Source of the DNA: Betaproteobacteria bacterium
GTDB lineage: Bacteria; Pseudomonadota; Gammaproteobacteria; Burkholderiales; Ferrovaceae
Reading direction: 5' to 3'
Assembly: GCA_018971415.1 (NCBI GenBank)
Contig: JAGXAW010000002.1
Span: 9,261 to 73,260 of the forward strand
DNA: 64,000 nucleotides
Of this stretch, positions 9,010 to 19,089 are shown one piece after another. The notes beneath the pieces are model-generated. The model was not told the origin of the DNA and ran no database searches. It saw nothing but the letters and a program-made list of their open reading frames with translations. Numbering within the stretch: position 1 is the first letter of the stretch; each line of letters begins with the position of its first letter. The position numbers were made by a program, and so were the translations under genes.

Positions 9010-9483
9010 ATGAAAGTAGCTAAGAAGCGGAAGAGAAAGTTGGGTACGCTGGTCTCTGTGCTATCCGGCATCCCCAACATCTGGAGTGCCAGTTCCGTCA
9101 GAACCGAACCCGAGAAGTGGTTGGATAACTGGCAAGTCTATAAAACAATCAAGGCTAACATCCAGCCGGAACTCTTCGGCTACCACTTCGTCGGCCATGA
9201 TATTCGAGGTGGCCATGGTGCTGTTTCCAGCAAGATAGATAGGTTCGATCCTATAAAAATGTGTGGAGTCACCCTAAGCGGTCGTGTGTATCAGCTGATA
9301 GGTATGCCTGGGGTGAACCAAGACGCCCAATATACCTTGAACGGCTGGATCTGTAGAAACGAGGTTGTCATGGAAGATGCGACCGAAGAGTTCGTCCAGC
9401 ATTACAAAATCGATCTGGAACATGTGCGAAAAATGGATATCCGCGATGAGATGGTCTTGTCGCCTCATCGCAAGCAGACGTGA
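9010..9483 (+). CDS. Conserved hypothetical protein
   Basis: SD AGGAG before ATG 9010 (preferred over the 8899 start); HFVG..G.VSS.I..FD....GVT.SGRVYQL.G.PG motif that I recall from mobile-element hypotheticals. Confidence 0.7.
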   Translation: MKVAKKRKRKLGTLVSVLSGIPNIWSASSVRTEPEKWLDNWQVYKTIKANIQPELFGYHFVGHDIRGGHGAVSSKIDRFDPIKMCGVTLSGRVYQLIGMPGVNQDAQYTLNGWICRNEVVMEDATEEFVQHYKIDLEHVRKMDIRDEMVLSPHRKQT

Positions 9484-9714
9484 AGCTACGGCAATCATTA
9501 CCCCTGGTTTGGCTGAGTGAGTTGATACTCGCGCGACATCCTTAGGCTCTCATTCCTCAACCCCTTGGTAAGGCCGTCAATGCCGAAACGACACCAAGAA
9601 AGAACTGGTCTGCAGCTTTGAGGTAAGTTTGCCGGACTGGATCGCCGAGTCTTGTACCTAATAGTGTTTTTGCGGCATGCCAGCCTTATCTGTCCTTGTT
9701 GCTTTGGCCTCAAA

Positions 9715-9745
9715 AAAATACCCTCCTATTATTGGAGGGTATTTT
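9715..9745. terminator. Bidirectional intrinsic terminator-like hairpin
   Basis: AAAATACCCTCC-TATTATT-GGAGGGTATTTT, perfect 12-bp stem with A/T tracts. Confidence 0.7.
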
Positions 9746-9845
9746 ACGGTTTCCACACTTTATTTGAACGGCTCGGGATTACCCGGTTTGATGGAGGTAT
9801 CGAATCTTTATCAAACAAAGCGCTAAAGCGCAAAGGAGTAATCCA

Positions 9846-10335
9846 ATGAATAGTGTTCAATATAATCTAATAAAACACAAGCTTGGTCTGCTGAATCTTG
9901 CTGTAGAGTTAGGAAATGTATCCCGCGCCTGCAAAGTGATGGGTTTTTCCAGAGATACCTTTTATCGATACCAAGCAACTAGAGATGAAGGTGGTATTTA
10001 AGCATTAATTAATTCTAGTCGTAAAAAGCCAAACTTAAAGAATCGCGTTGAAGAGGAAACGGAGCGTGCTGTAACAGCCTTTGCTTTAGAGTTTCCTGCC
10101 TTTGGTCAATTACGTGCTTCAAATGAACTACGTAAACGAGGTATCTTTATTTCACCTTCGATGAGTTACAAAGTGATTTGGATACCTGCTTGCTTATTAC
10201 AATAACGATAGAACTTATCAAGGAAAGATGTGTAGTGGAAGAACGCCAATACAAATATTAATTGATTGAAAGGAGGTGTGGCATAATAAAGTTACAATGT
10301 TAAAGAATCAGGTTTAAACTGACAGTCACTTCTAC
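9846..10335 (+). pseudogene. Internally deleted, decayed IS481-family transposase
   Basis: N-terminal 105 codons (KHKLGLLNLA.ELGNVSRACKVMGFSRDTFYRY..., nonsense TAA at 9999) join near 10160 to the C-terminus (DELQSDLD..YYNNDRTYQGKMCSGRTP, frameshift and TGA); the DDE core is absent. Confidence 0.85.
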
Positions 10336-10464
10336 TAAATGAGCCAGAAGTCATATTGTGGCTTCAAAATCCGCTGACACTATATGCTATAAATAGCTTA
10401 GATATTGCACCTGTATATAAATAAAAGTAGCTGGGAGATAAAGAAGCTAAAAGGGTATTGATTG

Positions 10465-12003
10465 ATGGGCAAGGTGGAAAAAGATAGCAAAGAAGAACCA
10501 TTAGAGAAGCAACTCTGGAAAGCCGCCGATAAACTGCGCAAGAATATCGACGCCGCAGAATACAAGCACGTCGTGCTTGGACTGATCTTCCTGAAATATA
10601 TTTCCGACTCGTTCGAAGAGATGTATACCAGGTTGCAAATAGGTGAAGGCGAAATGGCCGGAGCCGATCCCGAGGACAGTGACGAATACAAAGCCGAGAA
10701 CATCTTCTTCGTGCCCCCCGAGGCGCGCTGGCCGTACCTTGTGGCCCGAGCCAAGCATCATGATATCGGTGGCCATGTTGATGCGGCGATGGATACTATC
10801 GAAAAAGAAAATCCGATTCTAAAGGGTGTGCTTCCCAAGGTGTTCGCGCGGCAAAACCTTGACCCCGCTAGCCTCGGAGGTCTGATTGACCTAGTGGGTA
10901 ACATTGCGCTTGGAGATGCCAAGGCGCGTAGTGCCGATGTGCTGGGACATGTATTCGAATATTTTCTCGGCGAATTCGCTCTGGCCGAGGGAAAGCAAGG
11001 CGGGCAGTTCTACACCCCGCGCAGTATTGTTGAATTACTGGTTGCTATGCTGGAGCCCTACAGAGGCCGTGTGTTCGACCCCTGCTGCGGCTCGGGGGGT
11101 ATGTTCGTGCAATCAGAAAAGTTCGTCGAAGAACACCAGGGTCGCGTCAACGACATCTCCATCTACGGGCAAGAAAGCAATCAGACCACCTGGCGGCTGG
11201 CCAAGATGAACCTTGCCATCCGTGGCATCGACGCCTCGCAGGTGAAGTGGAATAACGAAGGCTCCTTCCTCAACGACGCGCATAAAGACCTCAAAGCCGA
11301 TTTCATCATTGCGAACCCGCCTTTCAACGTCAGCGACTGGAGCGGCGAACTGCTGCGCAACGATGGCCGCTGGAAATACGGTGCACCGCCCGCAGGCAAC
11401 GCCAACTTCGCCTGGCTGCAGCACTTCATCTACCACCTCGCCCCCAATGGAAGGGCAGGCGTGGTACTCGCCAAAGGCGCACTCACCAGCAAGACCAGTG
11501 GCGAAGGCGAAATCCGCAAGGCGCTCATTGCGGATGGCAACCTCATCGACTGCATCGTCAACCTGCCCGCCAAGCTGTTCCTCAATACCCAGATACCGGC
11601 GGCGCTGTGGTTCATGAATAGAGCGAGAACCAACGGCCACCCGCGCAAAGGCGAAATCCTTTTCATCGATGCGCGCAACCTCGGCCACCTCATCAACCGC
11701 CGCACGCGCGAACTCTCGCACGAGGATATTCAGCAAATCGTCGATACCTACCACGCCTGGCGTACCGGCGAAGATGGCTATCAAGACGTTAAGGGCTTCT
11801 GTGCCTCCGTATCATTGGAGCGCGTGGCGGAACTGGACTACGTGCTTACGCCGGGCCGCTATGTCGGGCTGCCGGACGAAGAGGACGACTTCAATTTTGT
11901 TGAGCGCTTCGCGCAGCTCAAGGCTGAATTCGAAGCGCAACTGCTGGAAGAGGTGAAGCTGAACCAAGCCATCGCCGAGAATCTGGCGAGGGTGAAGGCA
12001 TGA
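10465..12003 (+). CDS. hsdM: Type I RM methyltransferase subunit
   Basis: [29 protein letters not shown] (m6A) motifs. Confidence 0.95.
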   Translation: MGKVEKDSKEEPLEKQLWKAADKLRKNIDAAEYKHVVLGLIFLKYISDSFEEMYTRLQIGEGEMAGADPEDSDEYKAENIFFVPPEARWPYLVARAKHHDIGGHVDAAMDTIEKENPILKGVLPKVFARQNLDPASLGGLIDLVGNIALGDAKARSADVLGHVFEYFLGEFALAEGKQGGQFYTPRSIVELLVAMLEPYRGRVFDPCCGSGGMFVQSEKFVEEHQGRVNDISIYGQESNQTTWRLAKMNLAIRGIDASQVKWNNEGSFLNDAHKDLKADFIIANPPFNVSDWSGELLRNDGRWKYGAPPAGNANFAWLQHFIYHLAPNGRAGVVLAKGALTSKTSGEGEIRKALIADGNLIDCIVNLPAKLFLNTQIPAALWFMNRARTNGHPRKGEILFIDARNLGHLINRRTRELSHEDIQQIVDTYHAWRTGEDGYQDVKGFCASVSLERVAELDYVLTPGRYVGLPDEEDDFNFVERFAQLKAEFEAQLLEEVKLNQAIAENLARVKA

Positions 12004-13136
12004 GCGAGTGGCGCACCGTTGAGCTTGGTGAGGTTATCAATTTCAAGAATGGCTATGCATTTAAGAGTGCGGATTTTATTGAGTCTGGCATTCCCGTCAT
12101 TAAGATAAAAAACGTAAAGCCAAATCGGGTGAATCTAGATGATCTAAGTTATGTTTCTGAGAGTGTCGCAGAGGGTAAAGAGAGATATCTCATAGAGCCC
12201 TCGGATATTCTCATTTCAATGTCAGGAAATCGCATAGATGGCTCGCCGGACAGTTGGGTGGGAAAGGTATCAAAATTTAGGCTGAAAGGGGCGTACCTAC
12301 TCAATCAGAGAGTAAGTATAATTCAAGCAAGAGATGGGGTTTCAGATCCCGACTTTTTGGCATACAGCCTGTCTGCGTGGGATACCCAGCAATACCTGGT
12401 AAACCACGCTAATAGTTCAGGAGGGCAGGCAAATATTTCTCCAGATATAGTCAAAGCAATGGAGATCGTTTTACCATCGCTGCCAGAACAAAAAGCTATC
12501 GCTACCGTCCTCAGTAGTTTCGACGACAAAATCGATCTGCTAAGCCGCCAGAAAAAAACCCTCGAAGCCATGGCCGAAACCCTTTTTCGTCAGTGGTTCG
12601 TGGAGGATGCACAGGAGGCATGGGATGAAGGGAAAGTTGAGGATTTATTTGTTCTGCAAAGAGGTTTTGATTTGCCTGCGCAAAATAGAACAGATGGTCC
12701 GTATCCCATTTATGCTGCCAGTGGCTACAGCGGTGGACACTCGGAATACAGAGTACAAGGACCGGGGGTAACTACTGGTCGTAGTGGACTACTAGGTAAA
12801 GTTTTTTTTGTGCTGGAAGACTTCTGGCCGCTAAATACTTCTCTATATGTGAGGGAGTTTAGGCGTGGAACACCGCTTTACTCATATTTCTTCCTCAAGA
12901 CACTGGATTTGAATTCTTTCAACGCTGGCTCGGCAGTGCCGACACTGAACAGAAATCATGTTCACGAAGAAAGGGTGTTGATACCTCCTGCTGATCTTAT
13001 CGCGCGGTTCGAAACGACTGCGTTCCCTTTATTCCAAAAAATTAGGCAGAATGAAAAGCAGATTAAGGGCCTCGAAAGGCTCCGCGATACCCTCCTGCCC
13101 AAGCTGATGAGCGGCGAGGTGCGAGTAGAGGTCTAA
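12000..13136 (+). CDS. hsdS: Type I RM specificity subunit
   Basis: Two TRDs separated by [15 protein letters not shown]; C-terminal [13 protein letters not shown]; ATGA overlap with hsdM. Confidence 0.95.
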   Translation: MSEWRTVELGEVINFKNGYAFKSADFIESGIPVIKIKNVKPNRVNLDDLSYVSESVAEGKERYLIEPSDILISMSGNRIDGSPDSWVGKVSKFRLKGAYLLNQRVSIIQARDGVSDPDFLAYSLSAWDTQQYLVNHANSSGGQANISPDIVKAMEIVLPSLPEQKAIATVLSSFDDKIDLLSRQKKTLEAMAETLFRQWFVEDAQEAWDEGKVEDLFVLQRGFDLPAQNRTDGPYPIYAASGYSGGHSEYRVQGPGVTTGRSGLLGKVFFVLEDFWPLNTSLYVREFRRGTPLYSYFFLKTLDLNSFNAGSAVPTLNRNHVHEERVLIPPADLIARFETTAFPLFQKIRQNEKQIKGLERLRDTLLPKLMSGEVRVEV

Positions 13137-13139
13137 ATC

Positions 13140-13961
13140 ATGTCCACATTAAAAGCCCACGAAAAAGTCATCTTCGAGAAGCTGTTTGACCGTGGTGGCT
13201 ATGTGCTGAACTTTAATGATCGCACCTATGCCGAATTCTTTCGGGAACACGGCATAAATATCGATGCAGATAAATATCGGGGTAACGGTTCGTCTAAGAT
13301 GAGGCGGCTGCGCGCATTCTGGGAAATTGAATCGGATGTGATTGTTGCAAAAGTTCTGACGGCGATGCTTGAGTATGCGTGTGCGGTCGAGAAAGTCGAT
13401 AGCGCTGATCGAACCAAAGCGATTTCAATTCTCAGTCGTCTATCAGGGAAAGCGCCGAATACCGAGCAATCTGTTCAGACGCAGGAAGAATTTCTCAGAC
13501 AGGTGTTTACCGACCTCAAGCTTGCAAGGCTAAATATTGATGCGCAGTTGCAGTCTGTCATTGAGCAGCGAATTGATGAAATTCACAGGTCGCTCAAATC
13601 TGAAGCAGCACTGGCGACAATCTTTTTGTGTGGCAGTACCTTGGAAGGGCTTTTGCTTGATGCGGCAACCAAACAGCCGCAGCAGTTCAATGCTTCCCAA
13701 TCAGCGCCTAAAGATAAGGATGGGAAGGTTTTGCAGTTGCATTCGTGGACGCTTGAAAACTTGATCAATGTGGCACATGAAGTCGGAATGTTATCGCTGG
13801 ATGTAAAGAAACATGGGCATGCGCTCCGAGACTTCAGGAATTATATTCATCCACGTCAACAAGCTTTCCAGCAATTCCGGCCTGACATGCATACGGCCAA
13901 GATTAGTTGGCAGGTATTGCAGGCAGCTATCGCGAATTTGAGTGGTCAGAGAAAGACTTGA
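13140..13961 (+). CDS. AbiJ-NTD3-like N-terminal domain plus HEPN-like C-terminal domain (candidate abortive-infection RNase)
   Basis: GYVLNF..RT..EFF...I.I....Y...G.SK..RLRAFW N-terminus; C-terminal G..LEG.L and LRDFRNYIHP. Confidence 0.7.
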   Translation: MSTLKAHEKVIFEKLFDRGGYVLNFNDRTYAEFFREHGINIDADKYRGNGSSKMRRLRAFWEIESDVIVAKVLTAMLEYACAVEKVDSADRTKAISILSRLSGKAPNTEQSVQTQEEFLRQVFTDLKLARLNIDAQLQSVIEQRIDEIHRSLKSEAALATIFLCGSTLEGLLLDAATKQPQQFNASQSAPKDKDGKVLQLHSWTLENLINVAHEVGMLSLDVKKHGHALRDFRNYIHPRQQAFQQFRPDMHTAKISWQVLQAAIANLSGQRKT

Positions 13962-13963
13962 TA

Positions 13964-14028
13964 ATGTCCAAGGTCACTGAATCCGCCATCGAAGACTTCG
14001 CCATCAAGCTGTTCGAGCGCTTGGGCTA
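13964..14028 (+). pseudogene. Truncated duplicate of the hsdR 5' end
   Basis: 13974-14028 matches 15887-15941 at 50/55 nt, all five differences synonymous; both encode TESAIEDFAIKLFERLGY. Confidence 0.9.
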
Positions 14029-14085
14029 TGGCCGCAACCATGTCCGGATGGCTACAGATTGTTGCCAACTGAAAATAGCCGAGAC

Positions 14086-14148
14086 GAATTGCAGGCGGAT
14101 TCAGTTGTCTGGTATTTTCGGACAACTGACGCAGACGGCAAGAGATAT
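14086..14148 (+). pseudogene. rhuM (RhuM-family) gene fragment
   Basis: ELQADSVVWYFRTTDADGKRY resembles the RhuM motif EL...SVV..FRTTA.DGK.Y; RhuM genes commonly sit in hsd operons. Confidence 0.6.
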
Positions 14149-14233
14149 GCGTTGGGGATTAACCCCCGTTCCAACTCCCGAGAAATGCTCGGCAATTCAA
14201 GTGGCTCCCGCACAGAAACCCTTCGCTTCAAGC

Positions 14234-14259
14234 CCAGAAAAATGCTATAGTTTTTCTGG
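14234..14259 (+). promoter_or_regulatory. Inverted repeat enclosing an extended -10 element upstream of the antitoxin gene
   Basis: CCAGAAAAA-TGCTATAG-TTTTTCTGG; TGnTATAGT at 14243-14251. Confidence 0.6.
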
Positions 14260-14268
14260 ATTTTATGT

Positions 14269-14892
14269 GTGTACGCTATCATGAAAAACATATCTGAAAC
14301 ATGCTTTTACTTCATTGTCGGGCACGGTAGGGGGTGGGCGTTTTCACCAAGTGATCTGGCGGGTCGGTTTTCGCGTCAGCAGGTGGATAGCCTGCTTTCC
14401 GAATTAACTCGGCAGGGTAAGATTCGGCGGGTGGCGCGCGGTATCTACGATTACCCGCGCTATAGTGAGTTGCTGAGAAAAATGCTGTCGCCAGATATTG
14501 ATCAGGTGGCAGCGGCTTATGCACGCAAGTTCGGCTGGCGCATCGAGGTGTCGGGTGAGTCTGCCCTTAATCTGCTGGGGCTTTCCACTCAGGTGCCGGG
14601 GCGTTATGTATATTTGAGTGACGGGCCGAACAAGCGGTACGAGGTGACGGGTGCGGAGTTAGAATTCAGGAAGTCGGTGTTGAAGGATATCGGATTCAAG
14701 TATCGCGAGAGTTCGCTGCTGGTGCAGGCGCTGAAGGCGCTGGGCAAGGAGCAGATAACAGCTGAGGTGATAGACAAAGCCCGCGCGCAGCTCGACCCCA
14801 AGCTGTTTGAAAAAATCCTGAAAGACACGCAGGGCGCAACCGGCTGGATTTACGAGGCGATCAAACAAATCTGCCGGGTGGAACATGGATAA
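14269..14892 (+). CDS. Type IV TA antitoxin, AbiEi-like (DUF6088-type)
   Basis: N-terminal wHTH (LSELTRQGKIRRVARGIY), ALNLLGLSTQVP; overlaps the nucleotidyltransferase gene; start may be ATG 14281. Confidence 0.85.
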   Translation: MYAIMKNISETCFYFIVGHGRGWAFSPSDLAGRFSRQQVDSLLSELTRQGKIRRVARGIYDYPRYSELLRKMLSPDIDQVAAAYARKFGWRIEVSGESALNLLGLSTQVPGRYVYLSDGPNKRYEVTGAELEFRKSVLKDIGFKYRESSLLVQALKALGKEQITAEVIDKARAQLDPKLFEKILKDTQGATGWIYEAIKQICRVEHG

Positions 14893-15877
14893 GGTCGCCC
14901 GTTTCGATATTCGTCAGCGCAGTGAGCTGTTTCGCGAAACCGCCAGCCTGATGAAAACCACGCCAGCCATTGTCGAAAAGGATTTTTGGGTGGTATGGGT
15001 GCTTGATAAGCTGTTCGGTGATGCGCAGTTGCGGCGGGTGCTGAAGTTCAAAGGTGGTACGAGTTTATCCAAGGCATTTGGTCTGATCGGGCGCTTTTCG
15101 GAAGATATCGACTTGATTCTCGATTGGCGTGAGGTGACAGGTGAGGATCCGTACCGTGAGCGCAGCAAAAACCAGCAGATGAAATTCAACGAGGCAACCA
15201 ACGAGCAGGCGGCAGCATATATTCGCGAGACGTTGTTGCCACAGGTGGCTGCGCAGGTTGATTCGTTATGCAGTTGCAGCATAGACCCGGGCAATCCGCA
15301 CTCTCTCAACATTCGTTACCCATCCGTCTTTTCCGATGCTTATTTGCGGCCTGAAATTTTGCTGGAGATCGGGCCACTGGCTTCGTGGCTGCCCTCCGCT
15401 GAGTTTGTGATTAGGGCTTATGCGTCACATCATTTTCCGGGCGTGTTCAAGCGTGCGGTGTGTCACGTACCCACGATATTGGCGAGGCGAACATTTTGGG
15501 AGAAGGCGACCATCTTGCATCAAGAGGCGCACCGGGCCGAGGATAGGCCGATGCCTCCGCGTTATTCGCGGCATTATTACGATCTGGCCTGGTTGGCGCA
15601 ATCCGATGTGAAGGCGGAGGCGCTAGCGGATATGGCGTTACTGGCGGAAGTGGTTACCTTCAAGCAGCGGTTTTACCCAAGCGCCTGGGCGAACTATGGG
15701 ACGGCGATGCCGGGTAGCTTCAGATTGATTGCTCCCGCATATCGGTTTGATGCGCTGCGGAAAGATTATCAGGCCATGCAGAATATGATTTTTGATCGGC
15801 ATCTTTCGTTTGAGACGATTATCGAAACGCTGACCGGATTGGAAACCGAGATCAACGCGCTTGGGGGCGGGGAATGA
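14885..15877 (+). CDS. AbiEii/AbiGii-family nucleotidyltransferase toxin
   Basis: EKDFWV, FKGGTSLSK, RFSEDIDL, TFWEKATILH, RHYYD. Confidence 0.9.
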   Translation: MDKVARFDIRQRSELFRETASLMKTTPAIVEKDFWVVWVLDKLFGDAQLRRVLKFKGGTSLSKAFGLIGRFSEDIDLILDWREVTGEDPYRERSKNQQMKFNEATNEQAAAYIRETLLPQVAAQVDSLCSCSIDPGNPHSLNIRYPSVFSDAYLRPEILLEIGPLASWLPSAEFVIRAYASHHFPGVFKRAVCHVPTILARRTFWEKATILHQEAHRAEDRPMPPRYSRHYYDLAWLAQSDVKAEALADMALLAEVVTFKQRFYPSAWANYGTAMPGSFRLIAPAYRFDALRKDYQAMQNMIFDRHLSFETIIETLTGLETEINALGGGE

Positions 15878-18800
15878 CTACGAGACTCACTGAATCTGCC
15901 ATCGAAGATTTCGCCATCAAGCTATTCGAGCGCCTGGGGTACGACTACATCCATGCGCCGGACATCGCACCGGATGGCAATACGCCGGAGCGCAGCCGCT
16001 ACGATGAGGTGTTGCTGACCGGGCGACTGGAAGCGGCGCTGAAACGCATCAACTCCAAGCTGCCGCCTGCGCTGCTGCAAGCTGGCTTGAAGGAAGTGCA
16101 GCGCATCCATTCGCCCGAACTGCTGGCGAACAACGAGGTGTTCCATCGCTTGCTGACCGAGGGCGTGCCGGTATCCGCCCACAATGAGGGTGACGAGCGC
16201 GGCGAGAGGGTGTGGCTGATCGACTTCTCTAAGCCGGAGAACAACGAGTTCGTCGTCGCCAACCAGTTCACCGTTATAGAGAACCACCAGAACAAGCGGC
16301 CCGACCTGGCGCTGTTCGTGAACGGCATTCCGCTGGTGGTGATCGAGCTGAAAAACGCCGTCGATGAAAACGCCACCATCAAGGCGGCGTATCAGCAGCT
16401 AGAAACCTACAAGCATGCCATTCCCGGTCTGTTTACTTACAATGCATTTGTGGTGATCTCCGACGGGCTGGAGGCCAAGGCGGGTTCGCTTTCGGCGGGT
16501 TATTCGCGCTTCATGAGCTGGAAAAGCGCGGACGGCAAGGCGGAGGCTTCACATCTGGTGAGCCAGTTGGAGGTGCTGATCAACGGCATGCTGAACAAGG
16601 CGACGTTGCTGGATCTGGTCCGCCATTTCATCGTGTTTGAGAAATCAAAAAAGGAAGATCCCAAGACCGGAGTGATCACGATCAGCACGGTGAAGAAGCT
16701 GGCGGCGTATCACCAGTATTACGCAGTGAATGCGGCGGTGGCTTCCACGCTACGCGCGGCGGACATTGCCGAGCAGAAGGTGGCGCAGACTCCGGCCAAC
16801 TATGGATTGCCCGGTGTGGCGCAACAGCCCAAGGGCGACAAGAAGGCCGGGGTGGTGTGGCATACGCAGGGTTCGGGCAAGTCACTGTCGATGGTGTTTT
16901 ACACCGGCAAGATCGTGCTGGCGCTGGATAACCCGACGATACTGGTAATCACCGACCGCAACGATCTGGACGACCAGTTGTTCGATACCTTTGCTGCTTC
17001 CAAGCAGTTGCTGAGACAGGAGCCGGTGCAGGCCGAGAGCCGCGAGCAGTTGAAAGACTTGCTCAAGGTGGCTTCGGGCGGGGTGATCTTTTCCACCATC
17101 CAGAAATTCCAGCCTGAAGAGGGCAATGTGTACGAGCAGTTGTCTAACCGCAAAAACATCGTGGTGATCGCCGACGAGGCGCACCGCACGCAATACGGCT
17201 TCAGCGCGAAGACGGTGGACGACAAGGATGCCAGCGGCGAGGTGATCGGCAAGAAGGTGGTGTATGGCTTTGCCAAATATCTGCGCGATGCGCTGCCGAA
17301 TGCGACCTATCTCGGCTTTACCGGTACGCCGATTGAAAAGACCGATGTGAACACCCCAGCGGTGTTCGGCAATTACGTGGACATCTACGACATCGCGCAG
17401 GCGGTGGAAGACGGCGCGACAGTGCGTATCTATTACGAGAGCCGTCTGGCGAAGGTTGGCCTCTCCGACGAAGGCAAGAAGCTGATTGCCGAGCTGGACG
17501 AAGAACTGGACCAGGACGAGCTGACCGAAACGCAGAAAGCCAAGGCCAAGTGGACAAAGATGGAAGCGCTGATCGGCAGCGAGCAGCGCATCAAGAACAT
17601 TGCCAAAGACATCGTGGCGCACTTCGAGGCGCGGCAGCAGGTGTTTGCCGGAAAGGGCATGATCGTGTGCATGTCGCGCCGTATTGCCGCCGAGCTGTAT
17701 GCCGAAGTCGTTAAGCTGAAGCCGGAATGGCACGACGACGATCTGACCAAAGGGGCGATCAAGGTGGTGATGACGGCGGCCAGCAGCGATGGTCCGATGA
17801 TGGCCAGGCACCACACCAGCAAGGAGCAGCGCCGCTCGCTGGCCGAGCGCATGAAGAACGACGACGATCCGTTCAAGCTGGTGATTGTGCGAGATATGTG
17901 GCTGACCGGTTTCGACGCGCCCTGCATGCACACGCTCTACATCGACAAGCCGATGAAGGGCCACAACCTGATGCAGGCGATTGCGCGGGTAAACCGGGTA
18001 CACAAGGACAAGCCGGGCGGCTTGGTGGTGGACTATCTGGGCATTGCTGCTGATTTAAAAGAAGCACTGTCGTTTTATTCAGATGCAGGTGGTAAGGGTG
18101 ATCCGACCTTAGCGCAGGAACAGGCGGTGAGCCTGATGCTGGAAAAATTGGAAGTGGTTTCGGCGATGTTCAATGGGTTTGCCTATGAAGATTATTTTGA
18201 AGCGGATACCTCGCAGAAGCTTTCGCTAATTCTGGCGGCGGAGGAACACATCCTCGGACTTGAAGATGGCCGCAAGCGCTACATTAACGAGGTAACGGCG
18301 TTATCGCAGGCATTTGCCATTGCCATTCCGCACGAACAGGCGATGGATACCAAGGATGAGGTCGGTTTCTTCCAGGCAGTGAAGGCGCGATTGGCCAAGT
18401 TTGACGGCACAGGTGAAGGACGCAGCAACGAGGAGATCGAAACCACTATTCGGCAGGTAATCGATAAAGCGCTGGTGTCGGAACAGGTGATCGACGTATT
18501 CGATGCGGCGGGGATTAAGAAGCCGGACATTTCGGTGCTGTCCGAAGAGTTTCTGGCAGAGCTGAAGGGCTACCAGCACAAGAACGTGGCGCTGGAGGTG
18601 CTGAAGAAACTGCTCAACGACGAGCTGAGAGTGCGCGCCAAGAAAAACCTGGTGCAGAGCAAGAGCCTGATGGAGATGCTGGAAAATGCCATCAAGAAAT
18701 ACCACAACAAGGTGCTGACTGCCGCCGAGGTGATGGAAGAGCTGATCAAGATCAGCAAGGAGATCGTCGCGTCGGACGCCGAAGCTTCGCATATGGGGTT

Positions 18801-19083
18801 GAGCGATTTCGAGTATGCGTTCTATACGGCGGTGGCGAATAACGATAGCGCGAAGCAGTTGATGCAGCAAGATCAACTGCGTGAGCTAGCTGTGGTTCTA
18901 ACGCAGCGGGTGCGCGAGAACGCCTCCATTGATTGGACGGTCAAGGAAAGCGTGAAGGCCAAGCTGAAGGTGATTGTAAAGCGCACGCTGCGGCTGTATG
19001 GCTATCCGCCTGACATGCAGTTGCTGGCGACAGAGACAGTATTGAAGCAGGCAGAAATGATTGCGGAAGAGTTAATTAATTAA
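15874..19083 (+). CDS. hsdR: Type I RM restriction subunit
   Basis: PD..LFVNGIPLVVIELK nuclease motif, HTQGSGKS, DEAHR, FTGTP, MWLTGFDAP, QAIARVNR. Confidence 0.95.
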   Translation: MTTRLTESAIEDFAIKLFERLGYDYIHAPDIAPDGNTPERSRYDEVLLTGRLEAALKRINSKLPPALLQAGLKEVQRIHSPELLANNEVFHRLLTEGVPVSAHNEGDERGERVWLIDFSKPENNEFVVANQFTVIENHQNKRPDLALFVNGIPLVVIELKNAVDENATIKAAYQQLETYKHAIPGLFTYNAFVVISDGLEAKAGSLSAGYSRFMSWKSADGKAEASHLVSQLEVLINGMLNKATLLDLVRHFIVFEKSKKEDPKTGVITISTVKKLAAYHQYYAVNAAVASTLRAADIAEQKVAQTPANYGLPGVAQQPKGDKKAGVVWHTQGSGKSLSMVFYTGKIVLALDNPTILVITDRNDLDDQLFDTFAASKQLLRQEPVQAESREQLKDLLKVASGGVIFSTIQKFQPEEGNVYEQLSNRKNIVVIADEAHRTQYGFSAKTVDDKDASGEVIGKKVVYGFAKYLRDALPNATYLGFTGTPIEKTDVNTPAVFGNYVDIYDIAQAVEDGATVRIYYESRLAKVGLSDEGKKLIAELDEELDQDELTETQKAKAKWTKMEALIGSEQRIKNIAKDIVAHFEARQQVFAGKGMIVCMSRRIAAELYAEVVKLKPEWHDDDLTKGAIKVVMTAASSDGPMMARHHTSKEQRRSLAERMKNDDDPFKLVIVRDMWLTGFDAPCMHTLYIDKPMKGHNLMQAIARVNRVHKDKPGGLVVDYLGIAADLKEALSFYSDAGGKGDPTLAQEQAVSLMLEKLEVVSAMFNGFAYEDYFEADTSQKLSLILAAEEHILGLEDGRKRYINEVTALSQAFAIAIPHEQAMDTKDEVGFFQAVKARLAKFDGTGEGRSNEEIETTIRQVIDKALVSEQVIDVFDAAGIKKPDISVLSEEFLAELKGYQHKNVALEVLKKLLNDELRVRAKKNLVQSKSLMEMLENAIKKYHNKVLTAAEVMEELIKISKEIVASDAEASHMGLSDFEYAFYTAVANNDSAKQLMQQDQLRELAVVLTQRVRENASIDWTVKESVKAKLKVIVKRTLRLYGYPPDMQLLATETVLKQAEMIAEELIN

Positions 19084-19089
19084 CTATAT

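Noticed and set aside
9653-9680. TGTACCTAAT as the left IR of the IS481 remnant
   Set aside because: Similarity to the mini-element IR ends after about 9 nt and needs a gap.
9498-9713. 71-aa minus-strand ORF with an SDR-like FGIDGLTKGLRNE stretch
   Set aside because: Too short a match, no SD, and no other SDR motifs.
12802-12809. T8 run in hsdS as a phase-variation tract
   Set aside because: Short and in frame (V-F-F); no inverted repeats, silent hsdS copies or recombinase seen.
14101-14129. Hairpin TCAGTTGTCTG / CGGACAACTGA as a terminator or operator
   Set aside because: It coincides with the SVV..FRTT codons of the rhuM fragment, which are palindromic at the DNA level; the coding origin explains it.
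13907-14284. 125-aa ORF in the track
   Set aside because: It is a read-through chimera of the hsdR stub and non-coding/rhuM scar sequence.
3722-18876. Long antisense ORFs over copA, hsdM and hsdR (e.g. 4834-5847, 11113-11784, 16882-18003)
   Set aside because: Expected shadows of GC-rich coding DNA; no motifs or SD sites.
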